Assembly (NCBI GenBank): GCA_026770705.1
Contig: JANJGN010000018.1
Location: forward strand, 12,400,001-12,464,000
Source: Isurus oxyrinchus
Lineage: Eukaryota
Length of the DNA: 64,000 nucleotides
Reading direction: 5' to 3'
A model generated the notes under the pieces. It saw only the letters and a program-made list of their open reading frames with translations, was not told the DNA's origin and ran no database searches. How positions within the stretch are numbered: position 1 is the first letter of the stretch; every line of letters begins with the position of its first letter. Shown piece by piece: positions 1 through 12,599 of this stretch. The translations under genes and the position numbers were made by a program.

Positions 1-744
1 AAATACACAATAGGGGCCTGCTCTTTTGCTAAGCTGCTGCCCTGATATCTCAGTTGTATGAAAATATTGTATACAATATGGAAGAACTACAGGGAGTAGA
101 TCTCTAAGGGTGCCGGTGTCAGGGAGACAGAGCAGCATAACCAGATCCTTATCAAGCAATGTTCATACACATAGTAACACATAACCTGAAATTCAAGTTC
201 TGTGGGACTGAAAAATCAAATACATTTGAGCTAATAACTAAATAAATAATTCAGCGGAGGGGTAAGCCCAGTATTGTTGGCCCGCCTTGTACCGAGAGAA
301 GATTGGCATCCAACCAGACTTTTCAATTGCTATTATATGCAGTTTTATTTTCAGTCGCTCTACCTTAAATGCATACCTTCCAAGTATAGAGAAGTGTGTT
401 CCACGATTTACCCTATTATGTCAAGTCGTTCTGTTGGGCTCTTCTGAATGTTTACAGGTTAAAGCATGCAGCCAATACCACTGAAATTAAGTCAAGTGTG
501 GACTTCTTGGGAAGAATTTCAAATCCCACCACTAAAGCAGCAAGCAGCAATGTCTTGCATTAGCTGAGATCAGCAGCATCACACGTACAAGATGAGATTT
601 AATGTGCCTGTAGGGATTTATTGTGGGAGCAGGGAAGTATAGGGAATAGGAAGTCGTACTTATTAATACTGATCAGATAGTGAATTGTGGCTGCATTTAT
701 GTCAACTACATCCAGAGCTTTCTTGGAAGAGTGTCGAATAAAGA

Positions 745-905
745 AGAAGGAATTGATTTATATAGCACCTCAGGATGTCCCAAAGTGCTTTGCAGCCAAT
801 GAAGTACTTTTGAAATATAAGGTGAGATTTTAACTTACTTGCACAGGGTTAAAATTGGGCCTATAGGTACTGTGGTAGGGAAACATGGCAGCCAACTTGC
901 ACACA
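745..905 (-). mobile_element. Deu-domain SINE 3' fragment
   Basis: Reverse complement of the tail of the full copy at 26514-26972 (TTTATATAGCACCTCAGGATGTCCCAAAGTGCTTTGCAGCCAATGAAGTACTTTTGAA). Confidence 0.7.
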
Positions 906-1179
906 AAATGAGTAATAGCAATGGAGAATTTTAAATGCAGTTTAGAGGAAAGTTGATGAGAGCTAGTGTTTATTTAATCCACATATGTGATGAAGTGGCT
1001 ATAATATGGGCTGAAAGAAGTTGAGCTCATGGTTGATTTCCAGCTCAGCACAAATACAGAGAATAATCATTGGATCAGTCGAACGATGAACTATTGCATT
1101 TCAATTTTTAAAAAAAATTGCATTCAAATCAATTAAAATCTTTATTTTAATCTCTAAAATATAGAGTGTCTATTTTAAA

Positions 1180-1310
1180 ATGCGACTTAATATTGGGAAG
1201 ACCAAAGCCATTGTCTTCTGCCCTCACCACAAAGTTTGCAACCTTACCATTGATTTCATCCCATGCCTCGCCACTTTCTCAGAATGAAATGGCCTGTTTG
1301 CAACCTCAGT
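1180..1310 (+). mobile_element. L2 LINE ORF2 fragment
   Basis: Translates to LNIGKTKAIVF, a post-RT L2 motif; homologous to the minus-strand L2 piece near 5980-6100. Confidence 0.6.
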
Positions 1311-1485
1311 GTCAGCCTTAGCTCAGCGTTAGAACCCTTGGCTCTGAGTTAGAAGCTTGGATGTTTAAATCCCACTCGAAAGACTTAACTATCAGAGGAG
1401 ATGTTAAACCAAGACTATGCCTGACCTCTCAGGTGATTGTAAAATATCCGTCAACAATATTCAAAGAGGAGGAGGGGAGTTCTTA
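1311..1485 (+). mobile_element. Deu-domain SINE 5' part
   Basis: tRNA-like head (GCTCAG...CTCTGAGTTAGAAG...AAATCCCACTC) followed by GATGTTAAACCAAG and GGGGAGTTC blocks, as in the copy at 26514. Confidence 0.65.
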
Positions 1486-1499
1486 TTCCTGTAGGGAAG

Positions 1500-1795
1500 T
1501 AATATGCTTCTAGAGGTTTTTTATAGTTTAAAATTAATTTTCTCTTTCGCTATCTGATTTCACCCAATTTCATTCACTATCATTCCTTTGTTCCTTTCTC
1601 ATTGAATCACATTGACTGCTGGTCTCATCATTCACCCAGGTCCCAGATGCCCTGTTGACCTCGTCTTGTCATTATAAACGTGTGGCTCTAGCAATTTGTG
1701 GTGCAAAATCTTTGGAGCTGAAGGGTGCTAGAAAAATATCTAACAAACAGCTAATGTGGTGAGATGTTATCTGCTCTAGCAAATTATGGGACCAG
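1500..1795. mobile_element. Right half of an old non-autonomous DNA transposon (family also at 52140 and 57359)
   Basis: Shares GACTGxTGGTCTCAxCATT...CCCAGAT, AGCTGAAG and a terminal GCAAATTATGGGACC with 57880-58024. Confidence 0.55.
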
Positions 1796-2274
1796 GTTTC
1801 ACAATAACTGTCCCCTGGGGAATTACAGCTTTAATTCCTTCTGTTGCGCACCATGATTTTTGTAGGCAATACACTGTAACTGTCTCTTTTTACACTTTAC
1901 ATAATCTTTTGTTAACACGGAGAAGCACAATTACAAATAAATAATTTCCTTAGTATTGGAACAGGACCCGGCTCAGATGCTGCTGTTTGTTTACTGTATT
2001 TGTGGTAAAATGTGCTTTTGATTTAATCTATCCCTGAAGGCAGAGAACAGCGATGGCTGATATTTGACCATCCGGCTACACATGCCTTTGCATGTTCTGC
2101 AGTATCAAACCTCAAAGATGTACAAGAATCAGGAAAGTGAGTTTTCCTGAGGTCTTATATCAGGTCTCTTTGTGCACATTCCTTGGCACAAGGGTGCCAG
2201 TTATTCAAAGCAAATTGCTTCAAAAACAGGGAAAGAGAAAAAGACTTACGCTAATTTCTCTCAGTCTCAGAGCA

Positions 2275-2550
2275 CTTCACACCATGAGTTTCTTTTTGAA
2301 CACAGTGACTGTTGTTATGTAGGGCAATGTCATAACCATTTTGAGTACAGCAAGAGTCAGAAATTGCTCTGACTCGATATTTTTGGCAGTATTGGTAGAA
2401 GGTAGTGTCAGCCAGCTCACTTGGAGACTCGTTGCTTTCTTTAAATAGTACTGGTGGATCTGTACTGTGCACCATAACACCAAAACAAGGACTGATTTCA
2501 CACCTCATCTGAAGGCCAGAATCTCTGACAATGCAGCGTCTTCTCTGATA
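2275..2550 (-). mobile_element. Highly diverged Deu-domain SINE
   Basis: CACTGTTGT-like block, ATGTAGG, CTCATCTGAAGG and CTCTGACAATGCAGC occur in the order expected for a reverse copy. Confidence 0.5.
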
Positions 2551-2671
2551 TGTATACATTATATATTTTATGATATGTTATGTGCGGTTAATGCAGAGGG
2601 GGTCTGGTCTTAATTGTACTCAGGTGATGAAGTAACTTAATATAATTCTAGCAAAAAAAGGCCTCAGTAAA

Positions 2672-2810
2672 AATAACAACTTGCATTTATTTAACACCTT
2701 AAATGTAGGAGAACATCTCAAGGTCCTTCACAGGAGCACGCACAATCAGACAAAAAGTGACAGCGAGCCAAAGAAGGAGCTATCAGGACAAGTGACGAAA
2801 TGCTTGCAAA
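2672..2810 (-). mobile_element. L2 LINE 3' end
   Basis: AACAACTTGCATTTAT...CAAGGTCCTTCACAGGAGC is the reverse of an L2-type 3' terminus. Confidence 0.55.
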
Positions 2811-3689
2811 GTTAAGAGTAACCTTGGACACATTTGCATATCTGTAGTGTTGGCGTAAAGCAGTTTTGCTTCTTGTGGATGCTGTGGTTATTGTCTAAAT
2901 GCAGCCTGAATCCAACATGGAGCAGTGCAGTATGGGCATCCCTGGCAATGGTCATCTCAATGTGCTTTGTTTCAGAATCAGCCCAAGCCTTGACACCTAG
3001 GGTACTCTTTGTAAGTTTAATGATGGCACAAAGCTGATGCTCCTTTATACAATTGCTAAGTTTGTAGTAAAAGTCCAGAATGGGCTGCTATCCTGAAGAC
3101 TCTGTCAGCAATGTCTGGCCATTCAGGCCATTCAAGAGACATCTAGCACCTCAGTGTTAACAAACTTCTCTGATCTTTGCTAATCTTAGCCTCTCTAGGG
3201 TGCCAGTGTTGGCTCAATGCCAGAATTCTATTGACTAAGTAATGGTTGGGGAACAGAAGTTGTACCCATTTGTAAAAAGTGAATTTCATCATATTTAATG
3301 TCCTGTATGCTCTACTGTGGGAAAAGAAATGTATTACAGATCGAATCAAACAACGCTTGGCCAATTTTCACTCAGTCCAACTGCAAAGAGATTGAAGAAG
3401 TTCTTATGCTTAACATATGAATATCTGATCCAGATCATAAGGGAGTTTCACTGGTAACCTCCTGGGTCCTGCTGCCATGTTTGCTGATACAGAACAGTGG
3501 GAATCAGCTTCTATAAAAAGGCAGATAATAAGACCACTTAGGGACTGACCTGCTTCTCTGAACCTGAATAGACACCTGTGGCAGATCTGAATTTGTAACA
3601 CTTAGCAACACTATCGGGCTCATCCGTAATTGCTTAGCTTTTGCTCTGTGTCTCACATAAAGTCTTTCTGTATTTCCACTCACATGGAT

Positions 3690-4135
3690 ATTTTTTTTTT
3701 AATTAATACACAGGATGTGAGTGTCACTGGCAAGGCCAGCATTTATTGCCCATCCCTAATTGCCCTCAAGGAGGTGGTTGGGAACTGCCTTTTGAACCGC
3801 TTCAGTCTGACGATTATAGATTTTTGTAGTGGTTTTAATCTAATGAGTGGCTTGTGAGGCCATTTGAGACTACAGTGAAAAGTCAACCACCTTGCTATGG
3901 TCTGGAGTCACATTTAGGGCAGACTGGGTAAGGATAGCAGATTTCCTTCCCTTAAAAGCATTGGTGAATCAGATGAGGTTTTACAACAATTCAGTAGTTT
4001 CATGACCACCATTACTGAGACTAGCTTTTTGTTCCAGATTCAGGAAATTAACTGAATTTAAATTCCTCAACTTCTGTGGTGGGATTTGAACCCATTTCCC
4101 TGGATTATTAGTCCAGCAACATAACCACTATGGTA
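3690..4135 (-). mobile_element. tRNA-derived SINE with Meta-like core and LINE-derived tail
   Basis: Reverse complement matches 35647-36020 (GGAGTCACAT...GGTAAGGATAGCAGATTTCCTTCCCT; B-box GGGATTTGAACCC; tail CAGCATTTATTGCCCATCCCTAATTGCCC). Confidence 0.8.
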
Positions 4136-5869
4136 TTGAAACCCAGAAGATAAAAACAACTCAAAAGTCACCAACAACAGGTTTTCTTATTACCCAATTT
4201 GCTAACTAATGTTGTTAACATCCTTGCCTGATCTGGCATGCCACTCCAGTGCCACAACGCTTAGTTGACTATTCTTTGAAGTAGCCTTATAAGTCACCGA
4301 GTTGCATCAAATTGGTGCAAATGAAAGAAAAAATATTCTTGGGATGTGTGCACGGGCACATGTGTACATAGACACACATTCTAGCACGCATTACAGGATA
4401 TTGTTCAGGTGTGTGAACCCTTCTCTCAAGTCCACGATGTTGAGACCAACTGGAGACCTGCACTACCTCCCTGAGTGAAATCAACATAGACCAGGGATTG
4501 TACTGCAAGGTTTGTGGCCTGCACATGCTAGGTAGTGTATTTGCCAGCCAACTGCTGAGTTTTCCAATGGGAAAACAGCAGTGATATCTGGTAATCAAAT
4601 TATAAGTCTGTGGGATGGGGCCTATGTATATTTAAATGCCACGTATAAGAGGCACTGTTAATGCAGATTTATTTCTGTTATGTTTTGTTGGGTGTTGGAG
4701 TAGCAATGCAATTATGCTTTTTTCCAAATAATCATTGGCTATAAAATCAGACAGAAACATTCAGTAGTATTTGGAGAAAACTTACCCCTCATTTTAACTT
4801 TTACTGCATATAAAATTTCGATATATTGCAAATTACAAACAGATCTGTCCTTTCACTCAGTGCTCCAAGAGCCTGTAAACATCTGTGTCCACTATGCCTG
4901 CCGACCAAATTCAACAGTGCAGCTTCTCTAAGAGAAGGATAATCAACTACAAAGCCTTGTACTCTGCTAGACATGCTGGGATACATGCCTACAGTGTCAT
5001 TTGATACTGGGAATGTTTCTTTTTAAATTCCACTGAGTCAGCTGTAAAGAATGTTTGATTTATACAGCAGATGATTTTTGCCACCAAGGAGCTGAACACT
5101 GATGGTTAGCTTTGAAATCAGCTCAACTATTAGTTTCCCGTAACAAAGTAACAATCTCTGTTAACTAACTCAAGAGTAGGGTTCGGTATTGCCTTGACGT
5201 CCATACAACATTACATGGCGCTTTTGTAAACAACTTTGAAAAGGGTAAGCAGAAAGTTGATTTCACCTAAATTCCCTTGCCGACATGTGCACAGTTTGCA
5301 GGTGACGTTAGGTAGGAAATGTCAACTTTGCTCCATTTCGTTTTGTTTATTATCCATGTAAACTGCTAATAGGCTACATTTACAACACATTAGCTAAAGT
5401 GAGCAGACATAAATGTGAAGTGATGTGCCTTGCATTGTGTGCTCTGCTTTTCTCATATTCAGACTTTCAGACTTCACAGAACTTCCAGGATTGTTTCCAT
5501 TTTGTCCCTAATGAAGATCAAAATGAAAGAAAAATTTGCTTTTGATAGGAACAAAAAGTCTTGGATTTAAAAAGTTTTGGTTTTGATTGGGGAGGATCGT
5601 GCACACAAAAACATATCTTGCATATGGGTCTGAATGGAGCATGTTGAATGTCAATTACAGGCACAGTAATTGACCTTTTAGGTGTCCCTGACCTGATATT
5701 TAATTCCATTGACTTCAGTTGAACTGAATATCAAAAAATTATTTAGTGATAAGCCAGTGCAATTCCACTGCTTTGTCTTCCTGTCCATGTCCAATTTCAC
5801 CCTTTGAAAGTTGGGCATTCATTTCACAATGAGCATTCAGTATCTAAATGTATTATCCATAAAGCTGTT

Positions 5870-6350
5870 AGACATGAGTACTAAATGTTGTGAACTTATG
5901 GAGCTGGAAATAGGCAGTCTTGGTGATGGCATGCATATGTGTTCGGAAGCTCATCTCAGGGTCAGATATGACAGTAAGGTTGTTAACAGACTGGTTCAGT
6001 CTTAAATATTTGCCAGGGAGAGGGATAGAGTGGGTACAAGGGAATGGAGCTTGTGGCGGGGTCTGAAGACAATGGTTGTGGTCTTCCCAAAATTTAATTT
6101 AAGGAAATTTCTTCTGCTTATGCAGTGCTGGGTGTCGGACAAGCAGTCTGATCATTCAGAGACAGTGGAGGAGTCGAGAGAGGTGGTGATAAGATAGAGC
6201 TGAGTGACATCAGCGTTCAGGTGGAAACTGATATTGTGCTTTCAGATGATGTCACTGAGGGGCAGTGCGTAGATGAGAAATAGAAAGGGGCCAAGGAAAG
6301 ATCCTTGGAGGACATCAGTGGTAATGTTGTGGGAGTGGGAAGAGAAGGGA
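5870..6350 (-). mobile_element. L2 LINE reverse-transcriptase fragment (decayed)
   Basis: Minus strand reads [38 protein letters not shown], i.e. degenerate PQGS and YADD RT motifs of L2 type. Confidence 0.85.
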
Positions 6351-6359
6351 ATGTGCAAG

Positions 6360-6465
6360 TCATGGGGAGAAGGTGGGAGAATGGCACTAAGTGAATTGCT
6401 TGTTCAGAGAGCATGTGCAGACACAATGGGCCAAATGGCTTTCTTCTGAATTTCTGTGTTTCTGA
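6360..6465 (+). mobile_element. CR1 3' terminal fragment
   Basis: GGGGAGAAGG...ATGGGCCAAATGGCTT stem-loop tail shared with the other CR1 3' ends in the window. Confidence 0.6.
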
Positions 6466-7519
6466 GAAACAATAGGGTTTAGATGTGGCTTTCAATGCAA
6501 TTAAATAGTAACTCTTTGGAATCGGAATTGTAACTGTAGCACAGGTTTCCATTAAAACCAAGTATTTGAGGCCAAGAAGGCCGAGCTATGTAGAACTTTT
6601 CTTCCTAAACTGGGAGAGTGTGTGGGTCCCTGCAGGGGCAGCTTTAATGGAAATGAAAATTGAGTGGGGTGTAAAACGGGCTGCCAATTCACTATCACAC
6701 GTTTTGTGCTGTACCCAAGACCAATTTCAACCTTGTTGAAGCTTCAGTTGTAATGGACAGGAGAGGAGAGATAAAGTGAAAACCCCAGTTCCCTTCTATT
6801 CATAATCAGTGTGGTTTACTTTGAAAGGTATATGTGTATGTTTCTAAACCGCTGTTAGTATGTGGTCAGTTTTAAAAGTTCCAGAAGCAGACAATTGTGG
6901 GTTTAAACAAAAAGGACTATTTATTCTCACACTCACCCTGAAACATCTAAACATTACATCAGTCACACATCACATACTCAAGAAAGGTACAATTAAGGAA
7001 GATAGTGCACATCTACAAGTATAAACCAAAAGAATACTTAACGGTTCACATGTCTTTGTGAGTCCAGTGAAGAAGGAAGCTTTTCCCATTCTTGAATTGT
7101 AGTTCAGGTAAGTTCAGATGGCTGGGGAGCAGATACCAGGTTTACTTTGAAAAGAAGAACATTCAGCAGCTCATGAAGTCAGGAACTCATGGCTGTTGTA
7201 TCAGGCAGTCCAATTTCTCTGCTTCAGTGCTTTGGAATCAGGCTGGGAGGTTTTTAGAGAGACTTTTAAGCCTCTTGCTTCTTAAAGATAAAGATGGCAC
7301 AGCCTTTCTCTGCAGCTGTTGTCTTGTCAGTGTTATTCTGCAGGCTGCCCCAGGTCTCTTCTGAGTTTTGGGATAAAAGGATTTCAGTATCAGAGAATCA
7401 ATTTTAATCATGTGGTCATGGCCGTTGATATACAGTAGAGGACAGATGTTGATCTTTCACATTTGTGGATAACTGGTCTTGTCAGTTTTCCTTTGTTACA
7501 TTGCAAACCTGAATACGTA

Positions 7520-7830
7520 GGGCAGAATCTTACCCTTATACCCTTATCCCAGTTCTGTTGAAGGGTCATGAGGACTCGAAATGTCAACTTTGTTCTTCTC
7601 CGCCAATGCTGCCAGACTTGCTGAGTTTTTGCAGGTAATTCTGTTTCTGGTTTAGAATCTTACCCTTGTCAGGCAGGGTTGGCGGGGGTGGTCAGGAAGC
7701 TGAATTAAGGCCTGCCCAGCGTGAAACATGAGTGGCAGCGCTCAGCGCTGCCTGTGCAGGCAGGGGGAGAAGGGCAAGCGTGAACTTTGCACTTTTTTTT
7801 ATTATATAACTCTTCATCTCCCTGAGAGAA
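7520..7830. mobile_element. Harbinger-type MITE left portion, interrupted by a Penelope fragment
   Basis: Begins GGGCAGAATCTT, the TIR motif of the other MITEs; the GC-rich body resumes at 7654. Confidence 0.55.
7551..7653 (+). mobile_element. Penelope-like pseudo-LTR fragment with hammerhead motif
   Basis: Near-identical to 37943-38040; flanked by the 14-bp duplication AGAATCTTACCCTT (7524-7537 and 7654-7667). Confidence 0.85.
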
Positions 7831-7871
7831 ATCTGTGTTGCTCTGTGAAACGACAAAGGCAATTTCAGCTC

Positions 7872-10488
7872 TGTTGAAATTGGGAGAACCGTCTCACAGA
7901 CTAGTCAAGCAACAGCCATCCTCATGGAATCATATCTTACAGATAATGTCCCAGACACCATCATCACCATCCCTGGGTATGTCCTGTTCCACTGGCAAGG
8001 CAGCAGAGGTGGTGGCACAGTGGTATACAGTAGGGAGGGAGTTGCCCTGGGAATCCATTGAGTCTCATGGCATCAGCTCAAACATGGGTAAAGAAACCTC
8101 CTGCTGATTACTACGTATTGTTCCTCCCTCATCTGATGAACCAATGCTTCTCCATGTTGAACACCACTTAGGAGAATGTATTCTGGGTGGGACTTCAATG
8201 TCCATCACCAAGAGTGGCTTGTTAGCACCACTACTGGCCAAGTCCTGAATGACATAGTTGTTAAACTGGCTCTGCGGCAGGCGGTAAGGGAACCAACGAG
8301 ATCTGATCCCTCATCTGCCTGCCACAGATGGATCTGTCCATGACAGTATCAGTAGGACTGACCACCACACAGTCATTGTGGAGACGAAGTCCCGCCTTCA
8401 CATTGAGGATACCCTCCATCATGTTGTGCTACTACCTCAAGACGGGTCTTCAAAGAGGTGCTATGGGCCATCAGCAGCAGCAGAATTGTATACGAACACA
8501 AGCTGTAACCTCATGCCCTGGCATACCCCCCACTCTATCATTACCATCAAGCCAGGAGATCAACTCTGGTTTAATGAAGGTTGCAGGTGGGGCATTCCAT
8601 GAGCAGCACCAGGTATGTCTGATAATAGGGTGTCCACCTGATGAAACTATAACACAGGACCAATTGCATGCAAAACAGCAAAAGCAGCAAATGATAGATA
8701 GAGCTAAGCGATCCCACAACCAATGGGTCAGATCTAAGCTCTGCAGTCCTGCCACATCCAGTCATGAATGGTTATGGACAAGTAAACAACTTACTGGAGG
8801 AGGTGGCTCCACAAATATCCCCATTTTCATTGATGGAGGAGCCCAGCACATCAGTGCAAAAGATAAGGCATTTGCTACAATTTTCAGCTAGTCGTGCCGA
8901 TTGGATGATCCATCCTGGCCTCCTGTGGAGGTCCCCAGCATCACAGAAGCCAGTCTTCATCCAACTTGATTCACCCCACGTGATATCAAGAAATGGCTGA
9001 AGACACTGGATACTACAAAGGCTAAGGACCCTGACAATATTCCAGCAATAGTACTGAAGACTTGTGCTTCAGAACTTGCCGCGCTCCTAGGCAAACTGTT
9101 CCAGTACAGCTACAACACTGGCATCTACCTGGCTATATGGAAAATTACCCAGGCATGTCCTGTACACAAAAAGGGCAAATTCAACCCGGCCAATTACCGC
9201 CCCAAGGGGTCATCAAGAGTGCTATCAAGTGGCACTTGCTTAGCAATAACCTGGTCACTGATGCCCAGTTTGGGTTCCGCCAGGGCCACTCAGCTCCTGG
9301 CCTCATTACAGCCTTGGTTCAAAAATAGACGAAAGAGCTGAATTCCTGAAGTGAGAAGAGAGTGACTGACCTTGACATCAAGGCTACATTTGACCGAGTG
9401 CGGCATCAGGGAGCCCTAGCAAAACTGGAGTCAATGGGAATCGGGGGGAAAACTCTCCACTTATTGGAATCACTCCTAGCACAAAGCAAGGTAATTGTTG
9501 TTGCTGAAGGTCAGTTATCTCAGCTCCAGAACATCACTGCAGGAGTTCCTCAGGGTAGTGTCTTTGGCCCAACCATCTTCAGCTGCTTCATCAATGACCC
9601 CCCTTCCATCATAAAGTGAGGATGTTCGCTGATGATTGCACAACATTCAGCACTATTCACAACTCTTCAGATACTGAAGCAGTCCATGTTCAAATGCTGC
9701 AAGACCTGGACAATATCCAGGCTTGGGCTGACAAACAGTAAGTAACATTCGCACCAGACAAGTGCCAGGCAATGATCGTCTCCAATAAGAGAGAATCCAA
9801 CCATTGCCCCTTGATGTCCAATGGCATTACTATCACTCAATTCCCCACTTATCAACATCCTGGGGGTTACCATTGACCTGAAACTGAACTGGACTAGCCA
9901 TATAAATACTGTGGCTACAAGAGCAAGTCAGAGGCTAGGAATCGTGCGACGAGTCACATCCTGACTCCTCAAAGCTTTTACACCATCTACAAGGCACAAG
10001 TCAGGAGTGTGATGGAATACTCCCCATTTGCCTGCATGAGTGCAGCTTCTACACCAGCAGCCAGCTTGATTGGCACTACATCCACGAACATTCACTCCCT
10101 CCACCACCAACGCACAGTTGCAGCAGTGTGTACCATCTACAAGATGTACGGCAGGAATTCAACAAAGCTCCTTCGACAACATCTTCCAAACCCACAACCA
10201 CCAGCATCTAGAAGGACAAGGGCAGCAGCTAGATGGGAACACCACCACCTGGAAGTTCCCCTCCAAGTCAGTCAACATCCAGACTTGGAAATATATCGCC
10301 GTTCCTTCACTGTTGCTGGGACAAAATCCTGGAACTCCCTCCCTAACAGCACTGTGGGTATACCTACACCATATGGACTGCTGCGGTTCAAGAAGGCAGT
10401 TTAGCACCACCTTCTCAAGGGAACTAGGGATGGGCAATAAATGCTGGCCTAGCCAGCGAAGCCCACATATCGTGAATGAATTAAAAAA
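7872..10488 (+). mobile_element. CR1-superfamily non-LTR retrotransposon, ORF2 (APE endonuclease + RT) with frameshifts and stops
   Basis: EN motif (G)DFNVHHQEWL; RT motifs QFGFRQGHS, DIKATFDRV, GVPQGSVFGPTIF, MFADDC; A-rich 3' end at about 10488; possible 5-bp TSD AGCTC (7867-7871 and 10489-10493). Confidence 0.92.
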
Positions 10489-10620
10489 AGCTCCCCTGAG
10501 AAGATTGTAATCAGTCTTCTTCTTAGAATACTGTAGCAGTTTGATACAACTTAATGACTTACTAGGCCCCTTCTCAATGTAGTTAAGAGTCAACCATGTT
10601 GTTATAGGACCGGAGTCACA

Positions 10621-11527
10621 CTGGAGCAGGAGTAGGCCATTCAGCCCATCCAGCCTGCCTCACCATTCAATATGATCATGGCTGATCACGACTTCAGTGC
10701 CTTTTCCAACACTGTCCCCATATCTTTTTACATCATTGGCATATAGAAATATGTCAATCTTTACTTTAAATGTACCCAATGACTGAGATTCCACAGCCCT
10801 CTGTGGTAGAGAATTCCAAAGATTCACAGCCATCTGAGCAAAAAGGAAATCGCATCTCGGTCCTAAGTGGCTTCCCTCTTAGTTTGAAATTATGTTCCTT
10901 GGTTCTAAATTCCCCAACCAGGGGTAACATCTTATCTGCATCTACCCTGTCTATCCCTTTAAGTGTTTTGTAGGTTTCAATGAGATCACCTCTCATTCTG
11001 CAAAAGTAGAGAATATGAACCCTATCTGTCTTCAAAGGACAGTCCTGTGATCCTGGCATCAAGTCTGTTGGACCTTTATTGCACTCCCTCTATGGCAATA
11101 ATATCCTTCCCAAGGTAAGGGGACCAAAACTGCACACAGTACTCCAGGTGTGGACTAACCAAGGTTCTAAACAATTGAAGCAAGGTCACTACTCCTGTAC
11201 TCAAAACCTCTTGCGATAAAGGTCAACGTACCATTAGTCTTCCCATTTTAGTCTTCAGTGACTTATTGACAGGGACAACCAAGTCATTTTTACATCTATA
11301 CTTTCTAATCTACACTTTCTAGTCTCTTACCATTCCAGAAATACTCTGTGCCTCCTACCAAAGTGGATAACCTCACATTTTTCCACAGTATGTTCCATCT
11401 GCCGTGTTTTTTTCCCACTAAGACTGTCCAAGTCCCCCTGAAGGCGCTTTGCACCTTCCTCACAACACACATTCCCACCTAGCTTTGTGTCATCCATGAA
11501 CTTTGAATGATTACATTTGGTTCTCAC
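10621..11527 (-). mobile_element. 5'-truncated CR1 LINE (RT C-terminus + 3' UTR)
   Basis: SKFMDDTKLGG, KCEVIHFG, RMRGDLIETYK; TSD GTCACA at 10615-10620 and 11528-11533. Confidence 0.92.
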
Positions 11528-11661
11528 GTCACATATAGGCCAGACCAGTTAATGCTGAGAAGGTTTCTTTCCTGAACCAGTTGAATTTTTTGCCACAATC
11601 TTATAGCTCCATGCTAATTTTTGCTGGTTTCAGCTTTCTGTTTCCAACATTTAAATAAAGA

Positions 11662-12599
11662 AGATAAAAGCAAAAAAACTGCAGATGCTGGAAATCCAAA
11701 ACAAAAATAAAAATACCTGGAAAAACTCAGCAGGTCTGACAGCATTTGCGGAGAGGAACACAATTAATGTTTTGAGTCCGTATGACTCTTCAACAGAACT
11801 AAGGGAAAATAGAAGAGAGGTGAAATATAAGCTGGTTTAAGGGGGTGGTGAGACAAGTGGACCTGGATAGAGGGCCAGTGATAGGTGGTGACCGCTTTGC
11901 AGAACACCTTCAGTCTGTCCGCAAGCATGACCCAGACCTCCCTGTCGCTTGCCATTTCAACACTCCACCCAGCTCTCATGCCCACATGTCCGTCCTTGGC
12001 CTGCTGCAATGTTCCAGTGAAGCTCAACATAAACTGGAGGAACAGTACCTCATCTTCCGACTAGGCACTTTACAGCCTTCCAGACTGAATATTGAGTTCA
12101 ACAACTTTAGATCATGAACTCTCTCCTCCATCCCCACCCCCTTTCCGATCCCCCTTTTTTCCAATAATTTATATAGATTTTTCTTTTCCCACCTATTTCC
12201 ATTATTTTTAAATGTATTTCCATCCATTGTTTTATCTCTACCTTTTAGCCTATTTCGATCCCTTCCCCCCACCCCACCCCCACTAGGTCTATCTGTACCT
12301 TGCTCGTCCTGCTTTCTATCCTTAATGTCACCTATTATCACATTCCTTAGATAATATCACCACCGTCAACACCTCTTTGACCTTTTGTCTATGACATCAT
12401 TTGGTTATCTCCACCTATCACTGGCCCTCTATCCAACTCTACTTGTCCCACACCCCCTTAAACCAGCTTATATTTCACCTCTCTTCTATTTTTCCTTAAT
12501 TCTGTTGAAGAGTCATACGGACTCGAAACGTTAACTGTTCTCCGCTCCGCAGATGCTGTCAGATCTGCTGAGTTTTCCAGGTATTTTTGTTTTTGTTTT
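11662..12599 (+). mobile_element. Penelope-like element, 5'-truncated, with inverted pseudo-LTR and GIY-YIG C-terminal remnant
   Basis: 11889-12117 encodes DRFAEHL...VACHFN...KLEEQYLIFRLGTLQPSRLN; about 190-bp inverted arms at 11698-11888 and 12411-12599. Confidence 0.92.
12498..12536 (+). ncRNA. Minimal type I hammerhead-ribozyme-like motif in Penelope pseudo-LTR
   Basis: AATT-CTGTTGA-A-GAGTC(ATACG)GACTC-GAAAC-GTT-AACT; core position 6 is U instead of A. Confidence 0.6.

Noticed and set aside
3333-3420. Terminal exon after TTACAG (IESNNAWPIFTQSNCKEIEEVLMLNI*)
   Set aside because: Short, unrecognised peptide with no pyrimidine tract; indistinguishable from chance.
8328-10404. Functional RT gene from the ORFs at 8328, 9362 and 10009
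   Set aside because: Fragments of one LINE ORF2 broken by stops and frameshifts.
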